From contig CDMY01000603.1 in the NCBI GenBank assembly GCA_001179505.1, positions 252,749 to 316,748 of the forward strand: 64,000 nucleotides of DNA. Direction: 5' to 3'. The stretch is from Vitrella brassicaformis CCMP3155 (Eukaryota; Protista; Chromerida). Below, piece by piece: positions 50,597 through 63,000 of the stretch; within the stretch, counting starts at the first letter, position 1; each line of letters begins with the position of its first letter. A model generated the notes under the pieces. That model made no database searches. It was not told the origin of the DNA and worked only from the letters and a program-made list of their open reading frames with translations. The translations under genes were made by a program, and so were the position numbers.

Positions 50597-51146
50597 ATGG
50601 AGGCGTCAATCGGGTCCTTCTTCAGCAACAAGGCCATCATCGTGGTCGGTGCGAGCGCTTCCAGGGAGAAATTCGGCAACAAGGTAAGATTCCGCCCACA
50701 GCCTCGCCAGCGCATAGCATATCAACACATGCACCGTGTGTGTTCTCCTCTCTGTGCAGGTGCTGCGCGCCCTCAAGTCGACCTTCGTTGACGGGGCTCC
50801 CCATAATGCCGCCTACAAGGACCGCTCCATCAGACTTCTCGCAGTGAACCCCAAAGAGACCGTCATAGAGGCCATCACGACGCTGCCCACGGTGAAGGAG
50901 GCCGTCCAGGTGTTGCAGACCGAGGGCATTGCAGCCGACTCGACTGGCCTGTCCATCATCACGCCGCCCGCGGCGACATCGGGTGTGATTGGTGATGGTT
51001 TGTCGCTGGGGGTGCGGCAGTTCTGGTGCCAGCCTGGGGCTGAGAGCGCCGAGGCTAAGGAGAGGGTGGAGGGTGCTGCGGGGGCCACGTTGATTGCTGG
51101 CGGGCCATGTGTGTTGGTGGAGCTGGGTTTCCATGACGACGAGTGA
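50597..51146 (+). CDS. CoA-binding domain protein (YccU / CoA_binding_2-like), one intron
   Basis: IIVVGASASREKFGNK|VLRAL...AVNPKE...IITPP...GVRQFWCQPGAES...GPCVLVEL. Confidence 0.85.
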
Positions 51147-51387
51147 CTGACTGTGTGGGTGTGGTGTGCAAGTGAGTAGTTTGTGTGTGTTCAATGTGAA
51201 GCGCTTGGTATTCATGACTTATGGTGTATGGTGGTGATTCTTCTTCTGTTAAGACCATTAGCTGTCGTGCATTCACATGTTTGTATGGTACATGATGTCG
51301 CCCACTCACTCGCGCACACGTGTCCATCCATCCATCTGTCGTCTTCCTCCCATCCCAACTCTGCCCTTCTGCTTCGTGAATTGATGT

Positions 51388-51448
51388 GCGCGGTTGTCAC
51401 CGCCGATTGCCACGTCAGGGTGCCCGCCTGGTGCTCAGACAGACGCTC
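51388..51448 (+). repeat. 61-bp direct repeat, copy 2
   Basis: gcgcggttgtcaccgccgattgccacgtcagggtgcccgcctggtgctcagacagacgctc. Confidence 0.9.
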
Positions 51449-51827
51449 CTGAAGTGGCAGTGAACCATGGCAACCACACTCATCTAGCACGAAACAAATG
51501 AGCACGTTCTCTCAGCACAAAGGTTTACTCATACGCACACACACGCAGGTCGTCAAAAGCTGTTGGTCAAAACAGCAAAAAATGGCAGTAGGTTGGCGGC
51601 AGCCAGGGAGGGAGGGTGGATGGGCACATGAGGGAGAGAGGGAGGGAGGGAGGGAGGGATGCACAGGTAAGGCACACTCAGCTCAGAAGGTGGTCAGAGA
51701 GAAAGAGAGAGAGAGAGAGGCAGAGGCAAGTCAGGAGAACAAGACCAATATGAACACACAGCAGGCCGGGGGCGATGCATAGACGGGCAGCCATCTGTCC
51801 ATCCATCCGCCGTCTCTTATCCATCGC

Positions 51828-53602
51828 TCATTTCCTGCCGATTCCTGCGGTGAGTGAGGGCAGGGCCATGTCAATGTCCATGGTGAAGTCGTAGTCGATG
51901 GTAGGCACGATGCTGCTGATGAACTTCAGAAACACAAACAACGCCAAATCGTGCCTGCAGATGGAAAGGCACACACAACCAGCCACACACACACACACAC
52001 TCACTCACACAGACGGATGCACCGGGAAGTCGCGCGTGCCGTGACTGACCTTGGTGCCACGCCCTGCTCCACCCAGCTGTCGACCACCTTCTTCATCACC
52101 TGCGCGTGCCTGGTCGATGTCACAGACAGACAGACACAGATGCACTGCAGTGAGTGTGTCGCTTTGTTATGTTGCGCTGACTGACCTGCACGGGTGGATG
52201 GATGCGGTGGGGATGCCTGTGCAGGGGTGTGGGTCGACCGTGACGGTCTTGGTGGCGTACTGGGTCATCACGTCCTCAAAGATCTGCTCGGGCTTCAGAG
52301 GCACACCATTCTGACGCACACACACACACACACGAGAGAGAGAGAGAGAGAGGTGTTTCCCTACTCCTCTCATGCGGCTGTTTGTTTGGTCTCTGCCCGC
52401 ACCGCACGCACCTCGTCATAGCCGAACAGCCACAGCCGGGGTGTCTGGTAGTATTTGTCATACGTCACCGTCAGATCATACGACCTCGTCCGGACGATGT
52501 CTGAACCAAACCAAACCAAAGCAAACCCGCCGAGCAACCCCATCGTCGGCTGGCGGCCTCTCTCTGTCCCCTCCTTGGCTCTCACCGGCGTCAGGGGCAG
52601 CGCAGACGAAGTACTTGCCCTGCCCGTCCATTGCTGCCGGGGCGCTCGATGGAGCGGCGCTCGCAGGGTCCTCCTGTACACCAAGACAGAGGAACAGGGC
52701 GATGAGTGTGCCTGCCTGCCTGCCTGCCTGCCTGCCAGTGCATCACTCCTTTCCATCGCACCTCTTTGACGAGGTTGTCGACATCCGCAAAGCTATCGAG
52801 GTCGGGAATGTCGTCCTGACACGACAGATGGATGGGCACATGAAAGGGTCGGGAGGGAGGGCGCGTGTGTATGTGCTTTACTTTGTTTTCGTTGATAAAG
52901 TTCTCCTGCACCACCAGCCCTGGGCCTGACGCTGACACATCCATCCATCCATCCATCCATCCACAGGGCCTCACTCATTTCTGCCTATCCGCCCATCCAT
53001 CCACAGCGACGTACCCTTGTCCTTGTCCGCATCCTTAGCGTTGTCTTCGAGGGTCAGGTCCTTAATCTCGGGCACATCCTCCCCCACATCTCCACCCTTC
53101 TCGCCCGGCAGAAACCAATCCCTGTCGTGACCCTCCTGACCGACACACACACACAGCCCAATGCACGCATGGCATGCCGGTCTGTCTGTCTGCCTGCCTG
53201 CCTGTCTGTCTGCGCTGTTGCCTTCCACTCCACTGACCCCTTGTGTGAGGGTGGTGTCGAGGTCTTTGACCCTCGCCTTGCAGGGCACGTTCCGCGTGAC
53301 CAGGTACTGCTTATTCGGCGGCAGCCACTTGACCTCTCGCTTCGCATCTGCGGGCTCCCTGCACACACAATCGACAATCATCCAAGAGAGAGGACCATAC
53401 CATCTGCCATGCGAATCGAATGCTGCCCATGCCATGCGCACCACGTCCATGTGGGGAACTTGAACACGAGCTGGTCCCCCGCCTCAACGAACTCCTGCGG
53501 CGTCAGTATGCCCTTCTCGCGGAACTGGGTCTTGGTGGGCACTGGGGTGAAGGACGACACCACTGACCGATACAGATCGGCTATCTGATGAGCACTCTGC
53601 AT
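51828..53602 (-). CDS. ATG3: autophagy E2-like conjugating enzyme ATG3
   Basis: [66 protein letters not shown], catalytic ASIHPC|RHA, and [17 protein letters not shown]. Confidence 0.96.
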
Positions 53603-53956
53603 CCCGGGTCAGACAGACACTAAACAGCGGCAGAGCACCAGCAGCAGCCGGGATGAGGGAACACCGATGTGCAGCCAACAGAGAGCGGCGCAATGCACGA
53701 GATCTCGGCCTGCAGGAGGCAAAGCGGCAGAACGCCTTTTCCTGCGAATGCGAGCTTCGCAAAAATCTGCGCGCTTAGCTTCCTGGATCCGTGACTGCAC
53801 TTCTCTAATCCCATCCTCCTACTGCTCTGGCCCCTGACACTTCTCGCGACTCCCCTTACGTCAAACCACTGACGCCGGCTGACCGGTGGCATCGTCACAC
53901 CAGGCCATTGAGGGGCACTCGCTGACGCCATCTAGCCATCGCAGCCGTGTGACAGA

Positions 53957-55634
53957 ATGCGCTTTTACTTCCTCCGACACGGCCAGTCCAAGGTACGCAG
54001 ACAAGCAAGGCAATGGGAGCACAGGTGGGACGGCAGGGAACCTTTCTGGGTCGTGTGTGTCCATGTGTGCAGAACAACGCGTCGTACCTGGACGACAGCA
54101 AGATCTTCAAGGGCCGAGTGCCTGATCCCTCCATGACCGACCTCGGCTGGGAGCAAGTTCGGGTCGCCGGCAAGTACCTCAGGCGGCACAACGAGTCCGG
54201 CAAGACCAGGGCGGAGGACAGAATCGTCAAGGTCTTCGTCTCACCTATGGTATGTCAAGCACAGCGAGACGCGCGTGTCGCTGGATGCATCTGTCTGTCT
54301 GTTCGTCTGTCTGTCTGTCTGTGTGTGTGGTGTCTTGTCTTGCGTGGTGATATATCAGACCCGTGCACTGCAGACGGCCCAGGTGTTGCATGAGGAGCTG
54401 GGCGTGCCGGTTGAGTGTGTGGCCAACCTCCACGAGCAGGGCGGCCTCTTCCTCGGAGAACGGAACCAGGTGTGTTGTGTGTCGGCGATGCGATAGGATC
54501 CATTCCTGCTTCCGTCATCACTTATCCATTCCATCATGTGTCTGTCATGTGTATGTGGGTGGACTTACCTGTCTGTCTGTCAGGTTGCCGATTTTCTGTC
54601 TCCCCCCGACGGCAAGAGCGACAAGCCCTCGCCGGCCGACGCCTCCGCCCCCATAGTGCGAGGCGCCACCCGCAGCCAGCTGCAGAGGACATTCCCATTC
54701 GCAACCTTCCCTGCTGAGATCACAGAACAAGGGTAACTAACTGCAATATATGTGCACGTCCAAGGCGCCGACCACTGTCTGTCACCATGTGGGGGTGTGT
54801 TTACATGCAGTTGGTGGCGTGGAGGGTTTGAGACGTTCAACCAGGCTGTGATGCGCGCGAGGCTCGTCGCACGGTGCGTGGCTGTGGGCGACAGGAGGGA
54901 TGCCGGAACAATTGCGGAATGAACATACATCTGTGTGTGTTTGTGTTGGTGTGTGTATGTTCAGGTGGATGTGGTCACTGGTTGAGTCCAACGAAACGGG
55001 GGCATGCGTCTTCGTGACGCACGGCATCTTCCAAGACCTGCTCGGTGACTGACACACCATACATACCAGCCAGCCACACACCACACCCATGCATGAGTTG
55101 ACCGTCTCTCCGTTGTCTCTCCTTCCCTCCCTTCCTCCCTCAGTGAAGCTTCTGCTCGGTCTGTCCCTCTCCCCCCCGTCGAGCACCCACCTCAACGGCA
55201 GCCTCCCGCCCCCATTCCCCTCCTCATGCCTCCCGCAGCCCTTCCCAGAGTCAGGCGACCCACGCGCCTCGCATCTACTCTGCTCAAACGTCGGCCTCTC
55301 ACTCCTCGACCTCAAGGTCATCCCCCGCCCATCCACCGACGACGACGGATTCGCCGTGGCGAGCATGCCGTCGTCGCTGCCCCGGTGCGACTCGATGGCG
55401 ATCAGTGAGGGCAAGGAGTCGACCAGCAGCAGCAGCCACACGAGCGAGAGGGAGGCGTGCGCGAGCCCCATAACGGAGAGCGGGGAGGGGGAGGGCGGCG
55501 GGATGTCGCCGGTGCTGGTCAAGCAGCAGGAGATGATCCGTGCGGTGGGGGTGCTGCTGTGGAACTCTACTGAGTACCTGCCTCCCGAACTCAAGACGGG
55601 CCACTGCCTCGAGCCCTTTCGCATCAAAGTCTGA
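53957..55634 (+). CDS. histidine phosphatase (phosphoglycerate mutase) family protein
   Basis: MRFYFLRHGQS, DPSMTDLGWEQ, FVSPM|TRALQTA, LHEQGGLF, WWRGGFET and FVTHG, with an S/P-rich insertion near the C-terminus. Confidence 0.88.
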
Positions 55635-55639
55635 CTGAG

Positions 55640-58550
55640 CCTGTAGGCGATGGAGTGGGGCAGGGCTGGGAGGGGAGGGTTTTCTTACCCTACTGGCTGG
55701 CGCAGTGGTGGCAGGATTGTGGGATGGATGGGATGGACGGGCTCACACAGGCACACAGGCATGATTTTGCTCTCATGACGGTGATGGTTTTGCTCATCGT
55801 TTTGTTCATGTGCGTGTGCATTGGATGCATGGGATGGTTGATGCGAGCACCCCTCAACCGTGTAAGCGCGACAGACAGAGTGACAGCGCGACTGTCTGAC
55901 TGACTCAGTGAGTGATGATGTCAAATTCAACCGGGCGTGTGTGTGTTGACGCGGGGCGAGAGCGAAATATATATCTTCCGAAGGAGGATACAGATATGAT
56001 GACAACCTGACTATGCACTGACTGCTTTGTGGGTGCTCTGTGTGTGTGTGCTCATGCGTGTGTGGCTGCTACATTGATTGGTATTGCTCATCGATGCTGC
56101 GTGCTCGTTGTCTTGTCTTGTGTTGTGTTGCCTTGTGTTATGTTGTGTTGTCTTGTGTTGCGTTGCCACACTAAGCTAACCTGTTTGTTTGTGTTGACCG
56201 ATTGATTGCTAACCTGTCCGTTGCCACCTGGTACCTGATGCATGGATGGATGGATGGACTGATTGAGCGAGTGAGTTTGCTCATGCCTGGCTGGCTAACC
56301 TGACCGACACACAGACAGACAGATACACGAGAATTTTTCTCTTGCCTTTGCCATGATGGCCATGTCCGCTTCTTGCCTCCTTACTGCCTCTGTCTTGCCT
56401 TGACCGCTGAAATTTTGGTGACCTTTTGCCGCCATGTCCACCCATCCAATGCGCACAGTCATGTTTCCTTCGCTGTGAGTGCTGAGAAGTGGTTGGGGTG
56501 GAGGGTGTTCCTTTTTCTTCATGTGTGTATGTCTACATGTGTACGTGTGTACGTGTGTGTGTCTGTGTATGTGTATATATACATGTGTATCTGTGTGTGT
56601 GGAGTGAGGGCGAGCGAGTGAATGAGTGACAAGTGGGGCAGCACACACAAGTGCCTCACTCGAGTGAGGGCGCAAGTGACCTACCTACCTACCTGCCTGC
56701 CTGCCTGTTCTCGTGAACAGCAGCACGGACAACAGCACGACACGCATGCCTATTTTCTGCATGCGCTGCTGCTGCTGCTGCTGCTGGCTACGCACACCTC
56801 TCTGTGTGTGAATGGATGGATGCTTATCCGCATGTGTGTCTGAATGCACGACACACACGTTGATGGCGATATGGACCGGGCTACGAGATGAGTGTTTTTC
56901 ATGTTTTGGACGCACCTGGGGAGGGGAAGGGAGAGAAGAGGGAGAGAGTGGGGGTGGGGTCGGGACGCTTGTTTTCACACAAGTTTTCATACCTAGTGAG
57001 TGATTCAACCCAGCACAAGCGAACTGTCTAGTGGGGAGGGCTGGGCTGGGCTGGGCTGGGCTGGGTGGCCGTCTCTGTCTGTCTGGCTGTCCGTCTTTTT
57101 CCAAGAGTATACACGCGCGTGCACACGACACACTGTCCTGCTGATGTGGTGCCTTCATACAAACAGACATACTGCTTGCTTACACCGGAGGGTTGCGCAC
57201 CACCCTGTTCCCCTCTTGCCTCTCTCTCATCCATGTGACTGACAGACACATTGCACACGAGTTTCCTACGCCCTCGATCTGATCCATCAGCACCATCAGC
57301 AATCGAGACTATTTTTCTTTCTTCCCTTCAATGTCCACCTTACCTCGCCATGCTCGCCTTGTCTGCCTGCCTGCCTGCCTGTCCGTCTGTCTGCCTGTAT
57401 GGCCGCCCCTCCCCACCTCGTTGTGAAGCTCCCGTGACTGTCGCGTGTCGATGCCTCCCTGCCTCCCTCGTGTGTCTGCCTGCCTATACTTGTACTTTGT
57501 CGGTCTCCCTACCTCTGTGTCGCAGTTAACCTACATGGATGGATGGATGGACGTCTGTCGGCTTTTTCTGTCGCTACCTGCCTACCTACGCTGCCTCTAT
57601 CAATGATCGATTGCATGGGATGGATGTGTGTGATTGTGTAGACTATCTGACTCACTCGCTCAGACTGACCGGCCCACACTGTGCACACTGCCTCAACTAA
57701 CTCAACACGCGTACAAACAACTTTCTCCTGTGCGTCCCGCCTGTCCGAATGTCTGGCTGCCTGGCTGGGTTTAAGCGCGTCTATCTGTCTGTCTGTCTGT
57801 CTGTCCGTCTGTATGTCGTCCGGAAGCCTGCCTGCCTCCCTCTCTGGCTGTCGTCCCATGCCGATCTAATCCCCACACGTCGCTGGTTCATCATTTTTCT
57901 TTCCCGCCCGCCCGCCCGCCCGCCTGCCTGCCTGCGTGTTGGTTTGATTTTCGTGACGTGGCGCATGGCCGGCATGGCCTACACGTCCGGGTGATGCTGA
58001 CGCAGACATTCCCAAACACATTCACACATGGATGGACGGATGGACAGATGGATGCATTGTTCCGATTGGGTGGCTCGCGTGTCGCTGTCTCTTTGGCGAG
58101 CGGATACGTGTTTCTCGGCCACCTGGATGGTCTGAACCCTCCGGTGATGCAGCCGGAGGATTCGGTCGGTCCCGATGGTCAGGTGGCGCATGTATGCCGT
58201 GAGCTGAAGACACGACAGAAGAGCCGATGCATGCTTGGTCTTGGGGGGAAACGATTGGGAATGGGACGTAGAGAGGTACTGACAGAGAAGGCAGACGGGT
58301 TGAGCATAAAGGCTTCTTGGATGAGTGACACTGACCGGCAGATAGGATGGGACTGATGTGACAGGGAAACTGATTGAATCATTCATTCATCAGCAAAGAC
58401 ACATCCATCCGTCAGGGTCGTGCTGCTGTTGTGTAGTGGGTGGTCTCGCGTGCAGAGGTCCACATCCACATACATCGGCCTTCTATACAGACACTCATTT
58501 CAACTCCCATCCATGTCCTCCGTCACGTCAGTCAGTCAAGTCACAGCTAC
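55640..58550. repeat. microsatellite-rich intergenic/UTR region between convergent genes
   Basis: (GTTGT)n, (TG)n, (GGCTG)n, (GCCT)n, (GGAT)n and (CTGT)n tracts; no recognisable spliced gene. Confidence 0.7.
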
Positions 58551-58557
58551 AGCTACG

Positions 58558-59974
58558 CTACATCTGAGGTATTCTCCTCTTCCTGATGTAGTTGGACGCC
58601 AGCTCCTCCCCGGCTATATCGACCACCACCTTCTCAAGCCACCGGTGCTCACGACGGTCACGCGCCTCCTGCAGACCAGACCAGACACACAGTCAGACAG
58701 AGACACGTACTTACATGTGAGAGGGAATGCCGAGGGAGGGGCTTCTGCCCACCTTTCTGTGTTCAAAGACGGTCTCGTCCATCTTGCGCATGGCCTCCTT
58801 GATGCGCTCCTTCCTGCTCGCACACACAGGACAAACAAACATGTGGTGGCGTCCGTGTTCCACGTCACGTGGCACTCACTGTGCTTGTGAGCAGTTCATG
58901 CATACATCACGACTTACTTGAATTCCCGGATGTACCACTTCTTGGGCCCGAGTGGCTGTCTGTCGTGGTAGTTGAGCGTCCCCTCGTAGAACCGCTTGTC
59001 CCACATCCACGGCAAACCTTATATATCGTGACGCACACACACAAGCAAAGGAGCCGTGTCAACGAATACGCCTGTCTGCTCATCAGCCAGCCGTGCGTTC
59101 CTTCGCCCAGACAGCCCAGCCCGCCCACCGTTGATCTGGTACTGCTTCTTGACGTCTGCCTGGTACCGACCGGACAGCCTGCGTGGGCAATGAATGCATC
59201 ACAGCAGCGATCGATGAGTGACACCCTCGCTTCAAAACACTGTATCTGTCCCTCTGATTGCATCTTCCATCCGCGTACTTGGGTGGGTGCCACTCGCCCA
59301 GTTCGTCCTTGTAGGGCATGAAGTCCCGCGGGATGTCGTAGCGCCGCAAACTGCCCCTCACATGACACTTGCGAGGATCCCACTTGTCCCAATTCCTGTC
59401 AGACAACCAACAACGACCAAAAAGCAGCAGACAATGAATGCAGTGAGCCGCCCGGTGTGGTTGCCACACCACACCCATCAAATCAAGCATCCGTCCACAC
59501 CTACCTAGAGGGCCATATGTCGAGGTGGTAGTGTTGGTTCTTGTTGAGCTCCAGGTAGGGGTTGAATGTGCTGTGGATGCGGATGCCGTCTATCATGTTC
59601 TCCTGGTACTCCCGACGGGGCGTCCCGCGACACTCAGACATGTAACGCGGCTTCTTCCGCTGCTTCAGCAACTCAAAACGAGACTCCCAAGGCAGATCAC
59701 GCACAGCACGGTCCTGCAGGTCAGCGAGCACCACACACAAAGCACCCAGTGGTATGTGCAGATCTACCTTGTCTTGGAAGACCAGCGTGATCGTGTGTGT
59801 TTCGTACCACTGCGCCAGTGGTGGTGGCGGATGTGGGCGGCAGCAGCTCCACAGGATGGTTGGTCTTCTGCTTCGGCACCCTGAAGCCCCAATAGGACCG
59901 ACCAGAGAGGCACACTCCCGGTGATGCAAACAGCGACTCTGTGCTCCGCCGGCTGCCGGCAGAGAGAGCCGCAT
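58558..59974 (-). CDS. putative mitochondrial ribosomal protein, mL59 (yeast Mrpl25)-like
   Basis: Basic protein with a transit-peptide-like N-terminus. GEWHPPKYADG|RYRADVKKQYQINGLPW and ERIKEAMRKMDETV resemble the mL59 pattern WxxPxYSxRxQAxLxK...IxxAxxxM (from memory). Confidence 0.45.
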
Positions 59975-60138
59975 CGCTGCTGATGCGAAGCATCTCCCTT
60001 GTTTCTTCTTCCTTCTCACGTCGCCTAGGGTGCTCCCTGAAACCGGTGCCTCGAGAATAGGCTCGCAAATGGCGAGAGGTTGTTGTCGGGCTGTCACGTG
60101 CGCGTGGTGTTAAGAGGAGTTGGTCTTCAAGAAAGAAG

Positions 60139-62262
60139 ATGCGACGATTCTTTTTATTCTCGAGGCTGGTGTTCGTGACGGCTCTGCTGGTCTTCCTGTC
60201 GGCAGCTGAGGGCCGTCTGGTGATCCTGCCAGGGCCAGATGACTCCCTGGACCGGTGTGACACCAAGCTGGCCCCGTACTCCCCTTCTGTGCCCGTGGAA
60301 GGGCTGAGAGGGATAGTGCAGTACTTCCCGAAGCTGTGCGCCTTCAACTCGACTGTGCCTGAAGCGATAGACGAGGCGAAGCGTGTGTGGCTGTTCGACA
60401 CCTGCAGCGACCTCCACATATGGTCGATAATCCAGGTCGGCAACAGCAAGGCGGACGCTTTGGTGTTCACTGGCAGCAACTTCACGGCGAGGCGGGTGGA
60501 CCGGCGGGACGTCAAGGTGCCCGTCCTCTCCATATCCGGCAAAGTGCCCAGCGAGATCAAGCAACGCATCGCAGAGGACAACCAGGCAAGCCATGCCACT
60601 GCACACGCACTCACACAAAGGGGAGCCCCACACAAGTGGACAGGTGTGTGTGTGTATGTGTGTGTGTGTTGGATTGGCAGGTTGAGGTGCTGATCGACCC
60701 GCACCGAGCGGACTGGTTCAACTGCGAGGAGTTTGAGTCGCTTGAGCTGGTGTACGCCATCCTGGCGCCGTGCTGGCTGTGTGTGTCGATTCTGTGGTCG
60801 CTCAACACCTACAAGCGGCCGCACGTGAGCGTCAACCACCTGCACCGGTTCATGACGGTCGCCCCGGTCATCAAGACGGGCGTGTCGATGGCGGGCTTCC
60901 TCATGTTCGTCCAGTGCCGCAACACACAGCTGCAGGACAGAGCCACCACGGTACGCAGAGGGTGCAAGATAGCCGTGGCTGGATGGATGGATCGGTGTGT
61001 GTGGCGTGTTTGGTGTGTTTGGTGTGTGTCAGTATTTCGCCATGTGTTACCTGTGGCTGAGCACCATGTATGTGACGGTATTTTTCACCGTGGTGCTGCT
61101 GCTGTCCAAGGGGTGGATGCTCACACGGGAGGTCTTCTCCAGGAAGGAGTCAATGACCGTCGCCATACTGGTCGGTCGGTACGCAGCACTGCACCGAGGC
61201 AGCAGAGCAGTGGTGTCGGGGTCGTGTCGATGGGTCATTGTCCTTTTTGTTCTCTGTCGTTTGCTGTGTGCAGGTAGGGTTAGTTTACGTGGTTCAGTCT
61301 GCCAACCAGCTGAACCCCACTTTATTGATGCCCGCCCTTCTGCTGCTCTACGGCGTCCTCGCCGTCATCTCTATCAAGTCACCCACCCCACCGACTCGAC
61401 TCGCACACCGACAGATAGCAGCGCCACCACGGTTCCTTCCTCCCTCCCTTGTTCGTTTGTGCTGCACAGGTCATGCCAGCGGAACCTGCACCATCTGCAA
61501 CTGCGCCTCCAGTACGTCCGCATCAACAGGCTGGAGGTGTTCCAGCGGTCCCTCAAGCTCAAGCTGCTCATGTTCCGCGTCCTCAAATACACGCTGGCGG
61601 TCTTCTTCCTCACCGTGTTCGTCAGCCGGTGCATCCTGCAGACGCTGCTGGGCCTCTGGGCGACCGGCTATGTGGTGCTGGCGGTGCTGGACTTCTGTGT
61701 GTGGCTGGTGCTGGCCGTCACCTTCCGCGCGAGGCCGCCCATTCTCTACTGGGACCTCATCCAGCGGCAGGAGCCATCCAACCACGTCATACCCATGTAC
61801 CACGCCATGCAAGACCCCGACAACAGCAGCGGGGCCGGCACTCCTTGCCGACACACGCCTACCGCACAGCCGGTGGCAACACCGGCTATTTCTGAGGGCG
61901 AGCCGCCTGTTGTCGTGGTGCTCAACCCCACTCAGTCTGAGTACGAGAGGCAACGAGGAAAGGACGACCACCAGCCATGTGGCACCCCTAGCAGCGGCGG
62001 CGGCGAGGCGGCCTCGCCGATGTCGCCCGACCCGTGGCACCCTCTGTCCCATGTGGTTCTCGGCACACCATGTGGCAGGCCGCCTGCACATCATGCGCAC
62101 GGAGGAGGGGAGAGGGAGAGCGGTGCGTGGGACGCGCTTAGTGGCGGGGGGCTGTCGCCGAGTTCCGTGTCGCGGCCTCTGCTGGAGCCGTCAGAAAGGG
62201 ACAGGGACGACGGGCAGGATAACGGAGTTGCCGACCACAGCGGTCACCAAAGGCGGTGGTGA
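60139..62262 (+). CDS. signal peptide + PA-like ectodomain + seven-TM (GOST / lung-7TM-like) membrane protein
   Basis: Hydrophobic leader, then KADALVF...DVKVPVLSIS (PA-domain-like), then about 7 hydrophobic helices with NHLHRFMTVAPVIK and LLLSKGWMLTR (GOST-type LHxxM and SKGWxxxR). Low-complexity cytosolic tail. Confidence 0.65.
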
Positions 62263-63000
62263 TATAGACATGGGTGGGATGCCAGGGTAGGTAGAGCTTT
62301 GGGAGTCTTGTGAGTCGTCGTATGGTAGGTATGGTTGCGAGGGAGAAAGGACCGACCGACCGGCGTGTTTTTGTGTGGAGGTGGTGGTGTGTGTCTGACT
62401 GCGGCCGTCTGTATGTCTGTATGTCTGTATGTATGTGGATACATACATACGGTGAGTGCGTGGGTGGCGTCGTGGGTGGGCGCAGCCAGCCACTGCGGCA
62501 GCCGCACAGACAGACAGGTGAGGTGTATTTGGAGTGGTCACACACAAACGGAGGAGGAGAATGCCATGTGTACGCCATGATTGAATGTGACACGCATGTA
62601 AAATTGTTGCTGAGTTCAGACTCGTTTGTCAATATGTCTCATCACATTGTAGCGCACTCAACCCATGCTGAGAGGTCGATCTGCCCAAAAGGAGAAACAC
62701 TTTTTTTGAAACACCGCCCTTCGCGTTTCGCGAAGGTTTTTCGTGTTCGGGTCGGCGTGAAACAAACACAGAAAGGGTTCTAGCGCGTGCCCCCTCCCTG
62801 CGGCAGACCACGGCACACATTGAACAGCAAGACTCCTGCGAACGCACGGCGGCCGATTCATTGTCAGCGGCCAATCAGAAGGATACCAGTGGAGCACTCC
62901 CAGCACAGCCCTCGGCAAAACGAGAAGATCTCCTGCAGTTCTTGCCCGAAATGTGTCCGTCCTGCGTCATGGTGGCGAAAGAACAGCAGATTTCTCGGCA

